Source: Okamejei kenojei
Lineage: Eukaryota
Assembly: GCA_035221665.1 (NCBI GenBank)
Contig: CM069132.1
Location: 66,898,001-66,962,000 of the forward strand
Length of the DNA stretch: 64,000 bases
Direction: 5' to 3'
The notes beneath the pieces were generated by a model. That model saw only the letters and a list, made by a program, of their open reading frames with translations. It was not told the DNA's origin and searched no databases. The translations under genes and the position numbers were made by a program. Positions 26,584 to 39,280 of the stretch are shown one piece after another. How positions within the stretch are numbered: position 1 is the stretch's first letter; each line of letters begins with the position of its first letter.

Positions 26584-27188
26584 AAGGCCTGTCCCACTGC
26601 GGTGACCTAGTTAGCGAGTTTAGAAGAGTTTGATCTCAACTCATACTCACAGCATGGTTGACACGTGGTCCTTGGAGGTCTATGTAATTCTCCTTCATGC
26701 TCGAGAGTAGTCCCCGCATACACGAGGCCTCGGTTTTGTCGAGGCGATTTTTTAGCATGCTGAAAATTGTCCGCGAGTAAAAAAAGGTCGGCATAGAAAA
26801 AAATCTATTTTATTTTTTACTCGTAGGTTTAGTCGAAGTAGGTCCTAGTAGGTCGGCATGTTATTCATAGGTTATCAAAGGCAATCAAAGGTAATCGAGG
26901 GTAGTCGAAGGTAGTCGTACATAGTGTTAGTATAGTCGAAGGTGGTCGTCTTCACTCTCCACTATTCGGTGTCCAATTTTCCCGAAGGTAGTCTTCAACA
27001 TAGTCAAAGGAGATCGAAAGAGGTCTTCTATATAGTCGAAGGAGGTCTTCTACATATTCGTAGGTGGGTCTCTACATAGTCAAAGGAGGTCGTAGGAGGT
27101 GTTCTACTTCAGCGATACAACACGACCATGACACTTTTTTAAACTCTCCTAAACTCGTAAATTAGGTCCCTGCAGTGTGACAGCCCCA
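26584..27188. mobile_element. PIF/Harbinger-like MITE with internal short tandem repeats
   Basis: TIRs ggcctgtcccactgcggtgacctagttagcgagtttag / ctaaactcgtaaattaggtccctgcagtgtgacagcc, taa/tta flanks, internal tagtcgaagg-like repeats. Confidence 0.75.
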
Positions 27189-28400
27189 TTAACTCGCATT
27201 TCTCCAAAATACTTGGTGACAGTAAACGTTTCATGACGTGAATTTATGCACCGTTCACAATGTCAAATATTAAATATTGCATTGGGTAATGGAATTTCAT
27301 CAATTTTGATTTATTTTCACAGTCCTGGAAAGATTGTCCAAAGTTTAAGCCAACAGCTGTCTGCTTTTGTCAATGAATATCAAAACAATTACATATGGTG
27401 GATATAAGAAACAAAAACATTTTTTGTTTTATTCATGGTCTGTGTTAAGCTGAAATCTTGTTTTAATGCCTACAAACATTGGAACTCATATCCAAAGATA
27501 AACACAATGTGTCTTCATATCCACTCTGGAAGTACTCTCCCAACAAGACATGGATCTTGAAATATATGTCCATGGATATATACAAATATATGTCCATGGC
27601 TACAGTATATCCAAATATATATCCATGAAATATATTTCCCTGATGCAGATCTATGATACGTCTTGCTATTGATCTATGCTCATTCCATTCTCGAGATTAG
27701 ATTTTAGCTACCTGTCCATGGGTAATAAATTAACAACCAGCTCACGATCTGTGCAATTTTGGCAATCCAACGGGTTCACAAGGCGGAATAATTTGTTTCA
27801 CTAAATAGTTGTTTGAGCTGTCTAACAATGGTGGCACGTTGGAGACAAAGAACCAGATGAACGTAACCTAGGTTGGTTTTCCAATTCCTTGGAGGAACTG
27901 TACTATTCGTTCAAGCCTCATAAATAAAGAGCAAAACCAGATTATGGGTTCCTCCAGCACCATAATCAGGTGATCTCAGTATGGGACATCCTAAAATAAG
28001 TCACATGTGCATCTAAACCTTAACTTACACGTTAAAAGGCTAACTTCAGCAGTCAGTTTGAAAGAAAATTGTGAAACTGCCAAGGAAATGAAGCTATGTC
28101 AATTCCCACCATCGTTGGCAGGCTAATATCCCATTTATAACATTCAAGTGGCCATAAAATCTTCCCTTCCCTGCCTTAATGAATTACTTCTTGTACATTA
28201 CAGTGGATGTTGCATAGTTGGCCTCTATGCTAGTGCTGCCTATTTAGTAGAACAATTCAATTAATCCAATACTCCTGCACTTTCCCTGTAGTATATGTTA
28301 TCCCCCTACAGTTGTGTATTCATTTTTGTTCTGGAAAATGTGGTTGAATCTGCTTTTTCCACCATTTCAGGATGTTCATTCCAAGTCATAACAGCTCACT

Positions 28401-28690
28401 GACTTTAGACTTTAGAGATACAGCATGGAAACAATCCTTTGGCCCACTCAGTCCGCCCCATCCAGCGATCACCCATACACTGCTACTCTCATACACATTA
28501 GGGACAATTTACTGCAGCTAATTAACTTACAAACCTGCATGTCTTTGACATGTGGGGGGAAACCGGAGCAACCTGTGAAAACCCATGCGGTCACAGGGAG
28601 AACCATACAAACAGCACCCGTAGTCTGGATTGAACCCAGGTCTCTGGTGCTATAAGACTGCAACTCTACCACTACACCACTGTGCTGCCC
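28401..28690 (-). mobile_element. tRNA-derived V-SINE (HE1-type)
   Basis: Minus strand shows a tRNA-like head (gggcagcacagtgg.., B-box gggttcaatcc), a V-domain (ttctccctgtgaccgcatgggtttt..ctccggtttcccccca) and a CR1-like tail ending (ctaaagt)n. Confidence 0.85.
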
Positions 28691-29800
28691 TGAGTTGGGA
28701 TTGTGTCGGTAGGAGAAACCTTTGTGCAAAAAATACTTAGATATGTACTTAGAAAGTAGTGACCAATAGAGGTGTGAACTGCGTGATGGTGGGTGGGAGT
28801 GCGCCAGATGACTATCCTGAATATACTGGGCTAAAGAACTGCTCTCTACTATAAATTTTATGTGATTCTATGAAAAATGCTTCTTCATGTCTCCTCTGGT
28901 CATTTGGCCAATCGTTGTAGATCACTGAACCTTGATACGGATATTTTTTATCAGTGGTGACAGTTTCTACGTACTAACCATTCAATCTTTGGAACAACTT
29001 TATTAACAGCTCTCATAATGTTCCCTGCTCTAATGAGATCAGGCCCAGCTTCTCCAGTCTTTCCAGCTCCCCAGCTGTAACACATCTCTTTCTCATCCTC
29101 GCCAGAATGTTGACAAACTTTCATTTCTACCACTGTGGCCAGAATTGTACACAAAATCGAGAGCTGACATACATCATGAAGGGTCAGTAGCTTTTCCTCA
29201 CTTTTGTCCTTCTTTCCACTATTATCAAATACAAGGATCCTGTTTAACCTTTTATATACAGCATTCGCAACATGTCTCAGCTTATTCAAGGTTTTGAGTA
29301 CATACATACCCCAGGTCTGCCTAACGTGGCATTCCATTTTAAAATTACACCATTTGGTTCATATCCTCTCACTTCATTTATTTCACCAAAATTTATCACA
29401 TCATACACCCAACTGTACACCGATTTCACAACACTGTCTGTGTCCCCTGAGGTGTGCTATTGTCTGCCTCATTGATTATATATTTATTAGTTTCGTATCA
29501 CTGGGCAAGATTAGAAAAAAACGTTATATATTCATTAACGTACATCGGACAAGGCAGTGATGCCAATGGCAATCCTTAGCAAACTTCAAATGTCAATAAC
29601 TCAATGACCTATACTTTGCAGTGTCAATAATAGCAGAAGTAGCAACATCCTCTATCATCAGAGCGAGTTCTGGATTTCTATGTCTCTAAAATTGGATCCA
29701 AAAATGTGAAATAGTTGTCAGTAATCCAGTACAGCTTTGCAGGTTACAACATTTGCACCTACCTTCACTGCAATCAAAGGGAGCTACTGGAATGCTATGA

Positions 29801-30974
29801 TAGAAACATAGAAACATAGAAAATAGGTGCAGGAAGAGCCAGCCATTCATTGTGATCATGGTTGATCGTCCCCAATCAATAACCCGTGCCTGCCTTCTCC
29901 CCATATCCCTCGATTCCACTAGTCCCTAGAGCTCTATCTAACTCTCTCTTAAATTCATCCAGTAATTTGGCCTCCACAGTCCAATAAGGCAGGGAATTCC
30001 ACAAATCCACAACTCTATGGGTGAAAAGGTTTTTTTCTCACCTCAGTCTTAAATGGCTTCCGCTTTATTATAAGACTCTGGCCCCTGGTTCTGGACTCGC
30101 CCAACATTGAGAACATTTTTCCTGCATCTAGCTGGTCCAGTCCTTTTATAATTGTATATGTTTCTATAAGAGCCCCCCTGATCCTTCTAAACTCCAGTGA
30201 ATACAAGGCTTGTCTTTTCAATCTTTCCTCATATGACAGTCCCGCCATCCCAGGGATCAATCTCGTGAACCTACGCTGCACTGCCTCAATCACAAGGATG
30301 TCCTTCCTCAAATTAAGAGATAAAAACTGTACACAATACTCCAGATGTGGTCTTACCAGAGCCCTATACAACTGCAGAAGAACCTCTTTACTCCTGTACT
30401 GAAATCCTCTTGTTATGAAGGCCGACATTCCATTAGCTTTCTTCACTGCCTGCGGTACCTGCACGCCAACTTTCAGTGACTGGTGTACAAGGACACCCAG
30501 GTCTCGCTGTCCCTCCCCCTTACCTAACCTCATTGAGATAATAATCTACCCCCTTGTTTTTACCACCAAAGTGGACAACCTCACATCTATATTATACTGC
30601 ATCTGCCACGCATCTGCCCACTCACTCAACCTGTCCAGGCCACCCTGCAACCTCTTAACATTCACAGTTCACACTGCCACCCAACTTTGTGTCATTCGCA
30701 AACTTGCTAGTGTTGCTCCTAATTCCCTCTTCCAAATCATTAATATATATGGTAAACAGTTGCGGCCCCAACACCGAGTCTTGCAGCACTCCACTCGCCA
30801 CTGCCTACCATTCTGAAAAGGAACTGTTCACTCCTATTCTTTGCTTCCTGTCTGCCAACCAATTTTCTATCCATATCAACACCCTGCCCCCAATACCATG
30901 TGCTCTAATTTTAGTCACCAGTCTCCCATGCGGGACCTTATCAAAGGCTTTCTGAAAGTCTAGATACACTACAT
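29801..30974 (-). mobile_element. 5'-truncated CR1-type LINE
   Basis: ORF 30015-30533 (RDLGVLV, LVRPHLEYCVQF, YEERLK), upstream RT motifs, (tagaaaca)n tail. Confidence 0.93.
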
Positions 30975-31459
30975 GGTATCCATGGTATCAATTTAAGAAT
31001 AAATCCTGGTATAAAATGCTCCAAACATCTTACATATCATTGCATAAGGTCTATGTTTGCAAAATTACACCAGGTGCTATTTACTGACGAGCAAACAAAT
31101 ATATTCTGAAAAAACAGCTTTGTGTGGGGGGGGGGGATCACGACAGAAGCCTCCTCCTGGCGACCCCTGGAAGCGACGACGTGATGCACTCTGTGACGCG
31201 TCGGGCGATAATTCTGACAACATGTTGGACGACGACAGAAGCCAACAGCGAGCTACATCGTCTGACGCACGAGCGAACCAGCTTTGTATAAAGTAATTTC
31301 CGTGTGAATTTTTCAAAACATAAAGGAATTTTGAACATACATTTAAAATAAAAGCATATATTTCAACTTTTACTTTAATCACAGGTGTGTGTTCCAATCA
31401 TTATTTAGCACTGTTTAATTGTAATTGAAATTTCTGGTATGCTTTCTCATCTAGTTCTA

Positions 31460-31737
31460 ACGTGGGCAATTTGTTACCTTATCCTTTAGGGTCACGGTTG
31501 CTGGGTGCTTGGACACCCCTGAGAGGTAACTGGAAAACAGCAAGTTCTGGGAAAAGGGATGCCCTCTCCACAGAGATTGTTGGTAGACCGAACACGCACG
31601 TTGACCAGACTTTGGACTTTGGAAATGGCGCCAAAACATGGTGGTGACTACATGTGGAATATATGCAAAATGAATTTCACTGTGCAGTCGCATATGTGAC
31701 AAATAAAGCCCCATTGATCCATTGACTGAACCATTGG
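31460..31737 (+). mobile_element. Short retroposed repeat with a Rex/L2-like 3' tail
   Basis: Ends gaatttcactgtgc..catatgtgacaaataaag followed by ccattga repeats. Confidence 0.45.
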
Positions 31738-32174
31738 ATACTTGTGCTTTCAATGTCAGCAGTGAGTACAGTTCCTTCACCTGTGTCTGCAAATTCTAGC
31801 CTTTAATCAATTGTAACCAACGATTTGTCTCTGGTCATTGATTACTTATATTCAAACTTGTTTTTATTTATTAGAATAGTTATTTTCAGGTTTTTCTAAT
31901 TTTCTTTCTCCTTGATTAATTTTTCCTTGCTACTTTTCACATATCCTTTCCTTTGAAAGTCCTTCAGTGGGTATTCATTCTCACAGCTGCAAGGACTGCC
32001 CTTAAGTCTTGTCATGAACTTGGCTCCAGATCAATTCCCCAAAAGCCTCAGTTAAGGTAGTGCACTGTCTGATGGAGACCCACTTTGAACTATAAGAACT
32101 CTAGTGGTTTTCCTAGTTAGATAACAGTCTCTGTAGGCAAAATCATTGCTGAGATGCAGTAACAGGGTGGGAGA

Positions 32175-32254
32175 TTGCAACCTTCACGTGGGCCGCCCTG
32201 TTTCAACGAATGCAATCAACCTGGCGTGCACAATCAAATAAGATCAAATAGAAC
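32175..32254 (+). repeat. Dispersed ~90-bp repeat of unknown class (copy 2)
   Basis: Matches 12970-13060. Confidence 0.7.
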
Positions 32255-32613
32255 CATCACATTTCTAACTGTCCTGTATCACTTCATCTCATGCCACACC
32301 ACAAATTGGCTGGATTTAACAACACTGCCTGAAGAAGGTGGTAGATGTAAGTACTCCCAGAACATTCAAGAACTATCTAGCGATCACTTGAATTGCACAT
32401 AAAAACTAAGTGTGAGAAGAGCTCAATGGGGCAGGCAGTATCTGTGAAAGGAATTGGACAGACAATGTTTCAGGTTAGATAGCAATTGAATGGCCAAGGC
32501 ATAGAGAGCCATGGACCAAATGTTGACAAACGGGATAGGTATAATTGGGTACTTCATGGTCAGTGTGGACATGGTGGGCTGAGAGGCGTGTCTATGACCC
32601 TATAACACTCCCC

Positions 32614-32649
<36 letters not shown>

Positions 32650-33489
32650 AAAACAATGAGCAGCCTTTGAATGTTAACATCATGCTCACAGTTCACTGAG
32701 AGTATGGTCTCACCACAAAGGGAAACATCTGTGCCAGTGAGTCAATCAAAGGATTCTGTATTGAACAAAACATCATGGGCAACTCAACTTACCTGGGTAA
32801 TGTACATAATTACAATGCACCCATAAGAAATGAACAGCTACGATGATACATTTAATCTATAATAAGACTTCAAACCCACTCTGTATGAAACTCAAGACAA
32901 ATCTCTGTGAATACAGTGCAGCTGTGCTTTTATGCAGAAATTAAATCTGGGCATTTTGCCATTGCTTTATAAAGCAGCATTACAATGCACAGCATGGGAG
33001 ATATCAAAAGGAGTGGTAACACATGTGTAGTATTGGTGGATTGTACCTGTCCACAAATCAAACAACTTCCCAAAGCCATATCAAGAGCTCACTAAGGCCA
33101 AGTAGAATGATTCACTGATGGGAAGTCTTGTATGGCTCACTGATGTTCGGACATAAAATCTTGATATATGTTACTGACATGAAGTTCCATGCTGAGAATA
33201 TGAAGTTGTTGCATCACCATTACAGAAACAAGGAACTGCAGATGCTGGTTACAATAAAAGATAACGTGCTGGATAACTCAACTGTCTGACCCAAGCTGTC
33301 TCAAGCACTTGGCATCACCTTTATAATTGTTTACCGAGCTTCTTTCAGACTAGTTAAAAAGAAAATCTTTGAAGGGAGAGTGTTTGATTAAGGTACTAAA
33401 TTAATATGTTGGCTTGTTGTTGTGAAAGACGAGGATGTGTTGAACTGATGCATATTTCTAGCTTTTCCCTCTTTTGTTGCAGATATCTG

Positions 33490-33750
33490 CCAACTGCAAT
33501 GTTTTCCATTTCAATCAGGGAAAACTGCCAGATTTTCTTTGGAATGGCACCATGCGATCATTTATATTCACCTGAAGGGGTAAATGAGGTCTGAATTTCA
33601 TGCCTCATCCAAAAGGCAGCACCTCTGACATTGTGGTGCTCCCTCAGTATGGCACACAAATGTCAGTGTAAATTTTATATTTAACTTCCGATTCGGGGTT
33701 TAAACCTCCAACCTTCTGACTCAGAGATTTGGCAGTGATCACCGAGGCAC
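33490..33750 (-). mobile_element. Old Deu-domain SINE (SacSINE1/AmnSINE-like)
   Basis: ctcatccaaaaggcagcacctctgacattgtggtgctccctcagtatggcac..tgtcag..aaccttctgactcagag resembles, from recall, the reverse complement of shark Deu-SINE heads and cores. Confidence 0.65.
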
Positions 33751-34338
33751 TGGTTACACAATGATAAGAATTAAAGGGTGGGCAGGAAAGTGAGAACTGG
33801 GGTGGGGGGATTTGAGGGGGTTGTGGGCTGAGGGGGCATACCAAGCTGAACTGCTTAATGAGGCATATGGCATGCTCAGCTTTGTGATGACTAATCTGAT
33901 ATTCAAGCAATTCATGCATACTTGCATCAAAACCAGACATTATTCACCAGTGGGCAGTCAATTAGAATGCAGCATTAGTGCTAAAAATGACCAAGAACCA
34001 TCTCCCCTTGACCCGTGGGAAAATGACCTGCCTTCTTCTGTCCATATTGTTGACAAAACACCAGAACTATGTTTGAAAAGCAACGTGCATGCTCCAAACA
34101 ATTATTAAACGGAGTTTCAACAGCAAAGCCCAAAGACCTGCCTCATGAATTCCAACAACATCTACAACCACAAAGTATTTTTTCTTCGAAAGGTGCAACA
34201 ATTAATTTATCTAGCTCCATGAACATGCAGTACATCACAAAACTCCACAAAATCAGTTGCTAGCCCTGATTTGTTCTGGCCTTTTCTTGCCTCCAGTTTA
34301 TTTTAATTCACCTCCACCCCCTCCCGCACCTCTACTTT

Positions 34339-34472
34339 CAGTCTGAAGAAAGGTTCCATCTCGAAATGCTACCTATTCCTTCTCTCCAGAGATGCTGCCT
34401 GACTCGCAGAGATACTCCAGTGCTTTATGTCTATCTTTGGTATTAACCAGCATTTGCAGTTCTTTCCTACAC
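34339..34472 (+). mobile_element. Penelope-derived short repeat with a degenerate hammerhead core
   Basis: ctgaagaaaggttccatctcgaaatgct followed by the family body. Confidence 0.75.
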
Positions 34473-34493
34473 ATGAAACTGAGTGGGTAGCAC

Positions 34494-35577
34494 CAAAGAT
34501 CCTACAGCGAGCAAGATAGTCCACTCGACTAAAAAGCCGTAGTAGGGACATGGGTAACCTTCAGCACCATTTCAGTAACCGGCTTCCGTTTCCGCACCGA
34601 AGATCCCATAGTAGAGCAAAGATACTAGTGCAGAGACGGAAGCTGGTCACGGAAACATCCTCGAAAAATCAAAGATCTTTGCTAAAAATCTTCTCATTTT
34701 CTTTCTGCCTCACAATAAAAAGCAAATAGATGCCTATGTTCCTTCCACGGCATGTGGGAAGTCTAGCCCGGATCAGCACGGCTGGGATGCCAGGATAAAG
34801 TTGTGGGGAGGCTTGCAATGTATTTTTATGTAATGTTGTCCCTTGTCTGGGCCTTGAATCCAAAATAAAGTTTATCATTATATATAAAAAACTGGAGAAA
34901 TATATATGCGTGTATAATATGATTATATACATCTAAATCACATTCATATATGTGTGTATGTGTGTTCTTTCCTGCACAATCTAATCAGTTGTATGGTCGC
35001 TGAATAAAATCATCCTTAAGTTCCACATCATTTATTAATCTTGCTCAAAACAAATTTTATTTTGTTAAATACTTTATTTAGATAACCCCACCATTGCTGA
35101 CAGATCTCATCCATTCTCTGGCTATTGGGAAGACCAGACCCATTTTATTGTTGAAAAGCAATTCCATCGACACAAAAGGAACATTCCAAGAGTAAAGCAA
35201 CTGGAATTTTCATATTGCTATTATTTTATCAAATACCGCAGTTGTGAACAGTGTGATTAGAAGAATTACAGTGCAAGTTTAATACAAACATCAACTCAAA
35301 CACAGCACACGAGCCATTTAAAAAGAAATTAAAAAAAAAACATTAAAAAAAATAAAATTAAAAAAAACATTAAAAAAAGAAAATTAACAGAATTATAATT
35401 TATTCACACAAACTGTTTCCCCACAGCGTTGATTACACTGCGAAAGGGATAACCAAAATCGGGTCGGGATTACTGAAATGGCCGAAGAAGTGACCGACGA
35501 TCCGTTCCGTTGTGTAATACACGTCAGCCCATTGGATTTATTAGGAGTGGACTATCTTGCTCGCTATAGGATCTTTG
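34494..35577. mobile_element. Non-autonomous TIR transposon, P-element-superfamily-like
   Basis: 33-bp TIRs caaagatcctacagcgagcaagatagtccactc / gagtggactatcttgctcgctataggatctttg (1 mismatch). 8-bp TSD ggtagcac (34486-34493) / gttagcac (35578-35585). Confidence 0.8.
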
Positions 35578-36654
35578 GTTAGCACTGACTAATCACTGAG
35601 GTCAGTTAATGAGCATGCAGCATAATATTTTTATGTGCATTGTATCAGGCCAAATGATGCAAGTTAATCACACATCACCATCTCAGATCACACTTTGCAG
35701 TGGTGTCCAGTTTTGTTCTCATGAAGTACCAAGTTAGGAAAACATTATCCAATGCTGGTCAAGATTCAGCTGGGGTAATGTGACTGCGTGCAGGTACACC
35801 ATTTTTGAAATGATGTCACACCTTAGAGAGGATGCAACTACCGTTTATTCAAAAACTACAGTCGGGTGAAGAAAAAAAACAGAAAAAAACAATGTCTTTA
35901 GTAGGGTCATGTAGGGAAGTTGATGGAGAGATTTGACTGAGATGCTCAAAGTCATGAAAGGTTTAGAAAGAGTAAATGAGAAACTGCCAAAAATCAGAAC
36001 GACAAATTTAAGAATGAGGATATTTTCCAATACAGTATTTGATTATAAACTGTATTAGAAATGTTATTATAAAATGCACTGCCAGAAATGCTGGTGGAAG
36101 CAGATTCAATAATAGCTGGGCCATGGCGAAATAGTGGTGCATGATTCGGATAGCTCTAACACACTTCTGACAGAAGCGTCATAGACTGAACTACCCCTTT
36201 CGGTCCTTTCTGTTCTGTTCTATACATAGAAAGTATCAAAGAAGATATTTGCAGCTTAGAAAGTAATTACTTGGTTTATCATGATTTTTGTTATACCAAT
36301 CACACTGCTCCCTGTCACTCCAGCTCTGCATGTTTTTTTTTTTCTAAATGTTGTCGTCAGAATTTTGCAAGTTTTATTAGGATAAAGACTTCATAGTTAT
36401 TTCTGGCATCGCAGCATGTTCTTACTGAGATTTTTCCTGGATTTCAATCCTTTGTAGGCAGTCTCCAAAGCAGTTGATAATAAGGACAAGGGCCGGAAAA
36501 AATAACGCATTGGGATAGAAACTCCTTCCTGGTCTTGTGTTTCTATGTGTACACCTGGTAGCAGCTGCATATAATACTCAACGTCGAATTTGCCTGCACT
36601 CAAACCCATAGAACCTAATGTGATAGCAATATAAACTACAGCCACAACAACAAC

Positions 36655-37596
36655 AAAAAGGACACAAAGTGCTGGAGTAACTCAGCTTATCAGGATGCAT
36701 CTCTGGAAAACATGGATAGGTGACATTTTGGGTTCAGGACCCTTCTTCAGACAGATTGCGGTGGGGTGGGAAAGGGGTTAAAGCGGAAAAGGAGGAGGGG
36801 CAGGACAAAGCGGACTTCAGGTCTGAAGAAGGACCCCAACTTTTTGCTTCAGAGATGCTGACTGATCCGCTGCATTACTCCAGCACTTTATGTCTACCAA
36901 GTGCAGGACAAAACCTGGTGAGTGAGGGGTGGGGATGTGATAGTCAGATGGATGGACAAGGGTTAATTACATAATATTGGAGAATTCTAATGTTCATACC
37001 ATTAGGTTGTAAGCGTCCCAAATGGAATATTAATATTAAGTGCTGTTCCTTTAGTTTACCCGTGTCCTCACTCTAGCAATGGAGGAGGCCCAGGTCAGAA
37101 ACATCAGTATGGAAATAGGAAGACGAGTTAAAATGGTTAGCAACCAGGAGATCACGTAGGCCTTGGCGGACCGAGTGCACGTGTTCAGCGAAATAGTTGC
37201 CTAGTCTATGCTTGATCTCTTCGATGTAAAGGAGATGACATCGAGAACTCCAGATGCAGTAGTTAAGGTTAAAGGAGGTGCACAATGTACCTCTGCCTCA
37301 CCTGGAATGACTGCTGTGGTCCCCGGGTGGATGTAAGGTATAGGGACAAGTGTTACATCTTCTGCAGTGGCTGGGAAAAATATCTGAGGAAGGGGTGGTT
37401 TGGGTGGGGATGAATGAGTGAACCAAGGCTTCATGGCGATAACAGTCTCCATGGATGGCCTACGTGATCTCCTATTGCTAACTATTTTAACTCCTCTTCC
37501 TATTCCCATACTGACCTTTCTGTCCTAGGCCTCCTACATTGCCAGTGTGATGCCAGATGGAAACTGGAGGACCAACACCTCATATTCAGATGGATA
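36655..37596 (-). mobile_element. Penelope-like element remnant with a GIY-YIG endonuclease fragment and an inverted 3' copy
   Basis: ORF 37073-37285 reads CTSFNLNYCIWSSRCHLLYIEEIKHRLGNYFAEHVHSV..VANHFNS..LGLLHC, a decayed PLE GIY-YIG. 37455-37596 (+) repeats its C-terminal part in the opposite orientation. Hammerhead-type repeats lie at 36655-36900. Confidence 0.88.
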
Positions 37597-37597
37597 G

Positions 37598-37950
37598 TGT
37601 TTTCTTCAGCTGAAGTTACAACTGGTTTTATAGACACAATGAACTGTAGATGTTAGTTAACCAAAAAAGACACAAAGTGCAGTAGTAACTCAGCGGGTCA
37701 GGCAGCATCTCTGGAAAACATGGATAGGCGAACTTTGGTGTTGAGCCCCTTCTTCAGATCGAATAATGGTGCTGACCCGAATGTCACCTATCCATTTTCT
37801 TCAGAGATGCTGGCTGACCTGCTGAGTTAGTCCAGCACTTTTGGGTTTTTTTTTGGACAATTTGTTTTCATTATTTTGTTTCCACAAGCAAAGAAACACG
37901 AGGTTCTTAGGAAAGTTTAGGGATTTTATCTTTCTTGAGACTACCTCAGC
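37598..37950 (+). repeat. Left arm of a ~340-bp inverted duplication (contains a Penelope-derived palindrome)
   Basis: gtgttttcttcagc..tatagacacaatgaactgtag..tttttggaca..tccacaagcaaagaaacacgaggttcttaggaaagtt..ctttcttgagactacctcag is reverse-complementary to 38945-39280. Confidence 0.85.
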
Positions 37951-38944
37951 AAACTTACCACCAAACAGTATAAATATTGAATTCCCCAATTTTAGCTAAT
38001 TAGCTTGTTTGGCCACACAGTGCAATAGTGCCATTTAATTCTCAAACCTCCTACTGACAACACAGAATATTTAATAGGACATCTTTGAACCCATGCCGAG
38101 CTCCACAATGAATCATGATTTTTCAGCATATTTGTAAAATAATCAGTCTCATACCATGCCATAACTCTTCTTGGTGTGACTAGTAAATTAATAACATATA
38201 GGCTTACATCTATCATGAGCAGAGAGAAGACATCAGCCAAAGCTGTCATTTTTTAGACTCCTACTGCTCACAGATATGACAGCAAAGCCTTTTCACCTGT
38301 AGTGGGGAAAAACTGCATTAAAGTAACAAACATCAGCAATCAGTCACATGTTGAATATCAATTAAAAAAATATATTAATGGCCTTGATTGCTGTAAAAAA
38401 ACCCAACTTGCCTTGGAATGGTTCCAAGCAGCAAAATGATAATGGCTCATAACTTAATGGGAATTATTGACATTTCTGTATGCAGCAACGTGTGAAATAG
38501 TCACTAAAGGTCATTCAGTGAGAAAGAAATTGAATGGATATTACAGTGCATTGTTTTAATGGTACTGCAAATCATGTTTTGCACTGCAGTTTAGGATATA
38601 TTTTTGTAATTTGATTTTTATACAAATGGGTCTGTTGTTCTTTAATTTGACACATACGCCTTCAGAAAGACACGTACGCCTTCAGAATGAATATGAGCGG
38701 GCTTGTATAAGTGCCAACAGATTCCAGTCTGAGATATCAATTGATGGGAAGCACCATTTCCCCCCCCCCCCCCCCGTTAGTTACTATAAACCGTGTCATT
38801 TTGAGCTCTCTTGGAAGACTGGGAAAGCCCAGAAGAACCTAGTCCTAATTATTATATAATCGCTAGAACCTAATTAGCGATTTACAGAAGAAAATAAATA
38901 CCTCCTTCAATTTTGCTGTTCTTCTCACTAGAGTGATGACACTT

Positions 38945-39280
38945 ACTGAGATGGTCTCAAGAAAGGCAGCATCTCTCAACTTTCCTAAGAAACTCATGTT
39001 TCTTTGTTTGTGGAGACTAAATCATGTCAACCAGCTGTCCAAAAAAGACATAAAGTGCAGGAGTAACTCAGTGGGTCAGACAGGATCTCCGGAGAACACG
39101 GATAGGTGATATTTCTGGGAGGTAACCTTCTTCAATCTGAAGAAGGGTCTCAACCCGAAATATCACCTATCAATGTTTTCCAAAGATGCCGCCTGACCCG
39201 TTGAGTTACTCTTGCACTTTGTATCTTAACCAGCAACTACAGTTCATGGTGTCTATAAAATCTTTGGCTGAAGAAAACAC
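38945..39280 (-). repeat. Right arm of the inverted duplication, with a hammerhead-like core at 39137-39164 (+)
   Basis: See left arm. Core reads CTGAAGA-A-GGGT-CTCA-ACCC-GAAA-TATC. Confidence 0.85.

Noticed and set aside
28620-28690. tRNA-like A/B boxes
   Set aside because: This is the head of a V-SINE, not a tRNA gene.
30990-31460. GC-rich patch that may be a DNA transposon or Crypton-like fragment
   Set aside because: No TIR, TSD or coding motif could be established by eye.
36397-36645. 82-aa minus-strand ORF with protein-like composition
   Set aside because: No recognisable domain or convincing splice sites. The length is within chance expectation.
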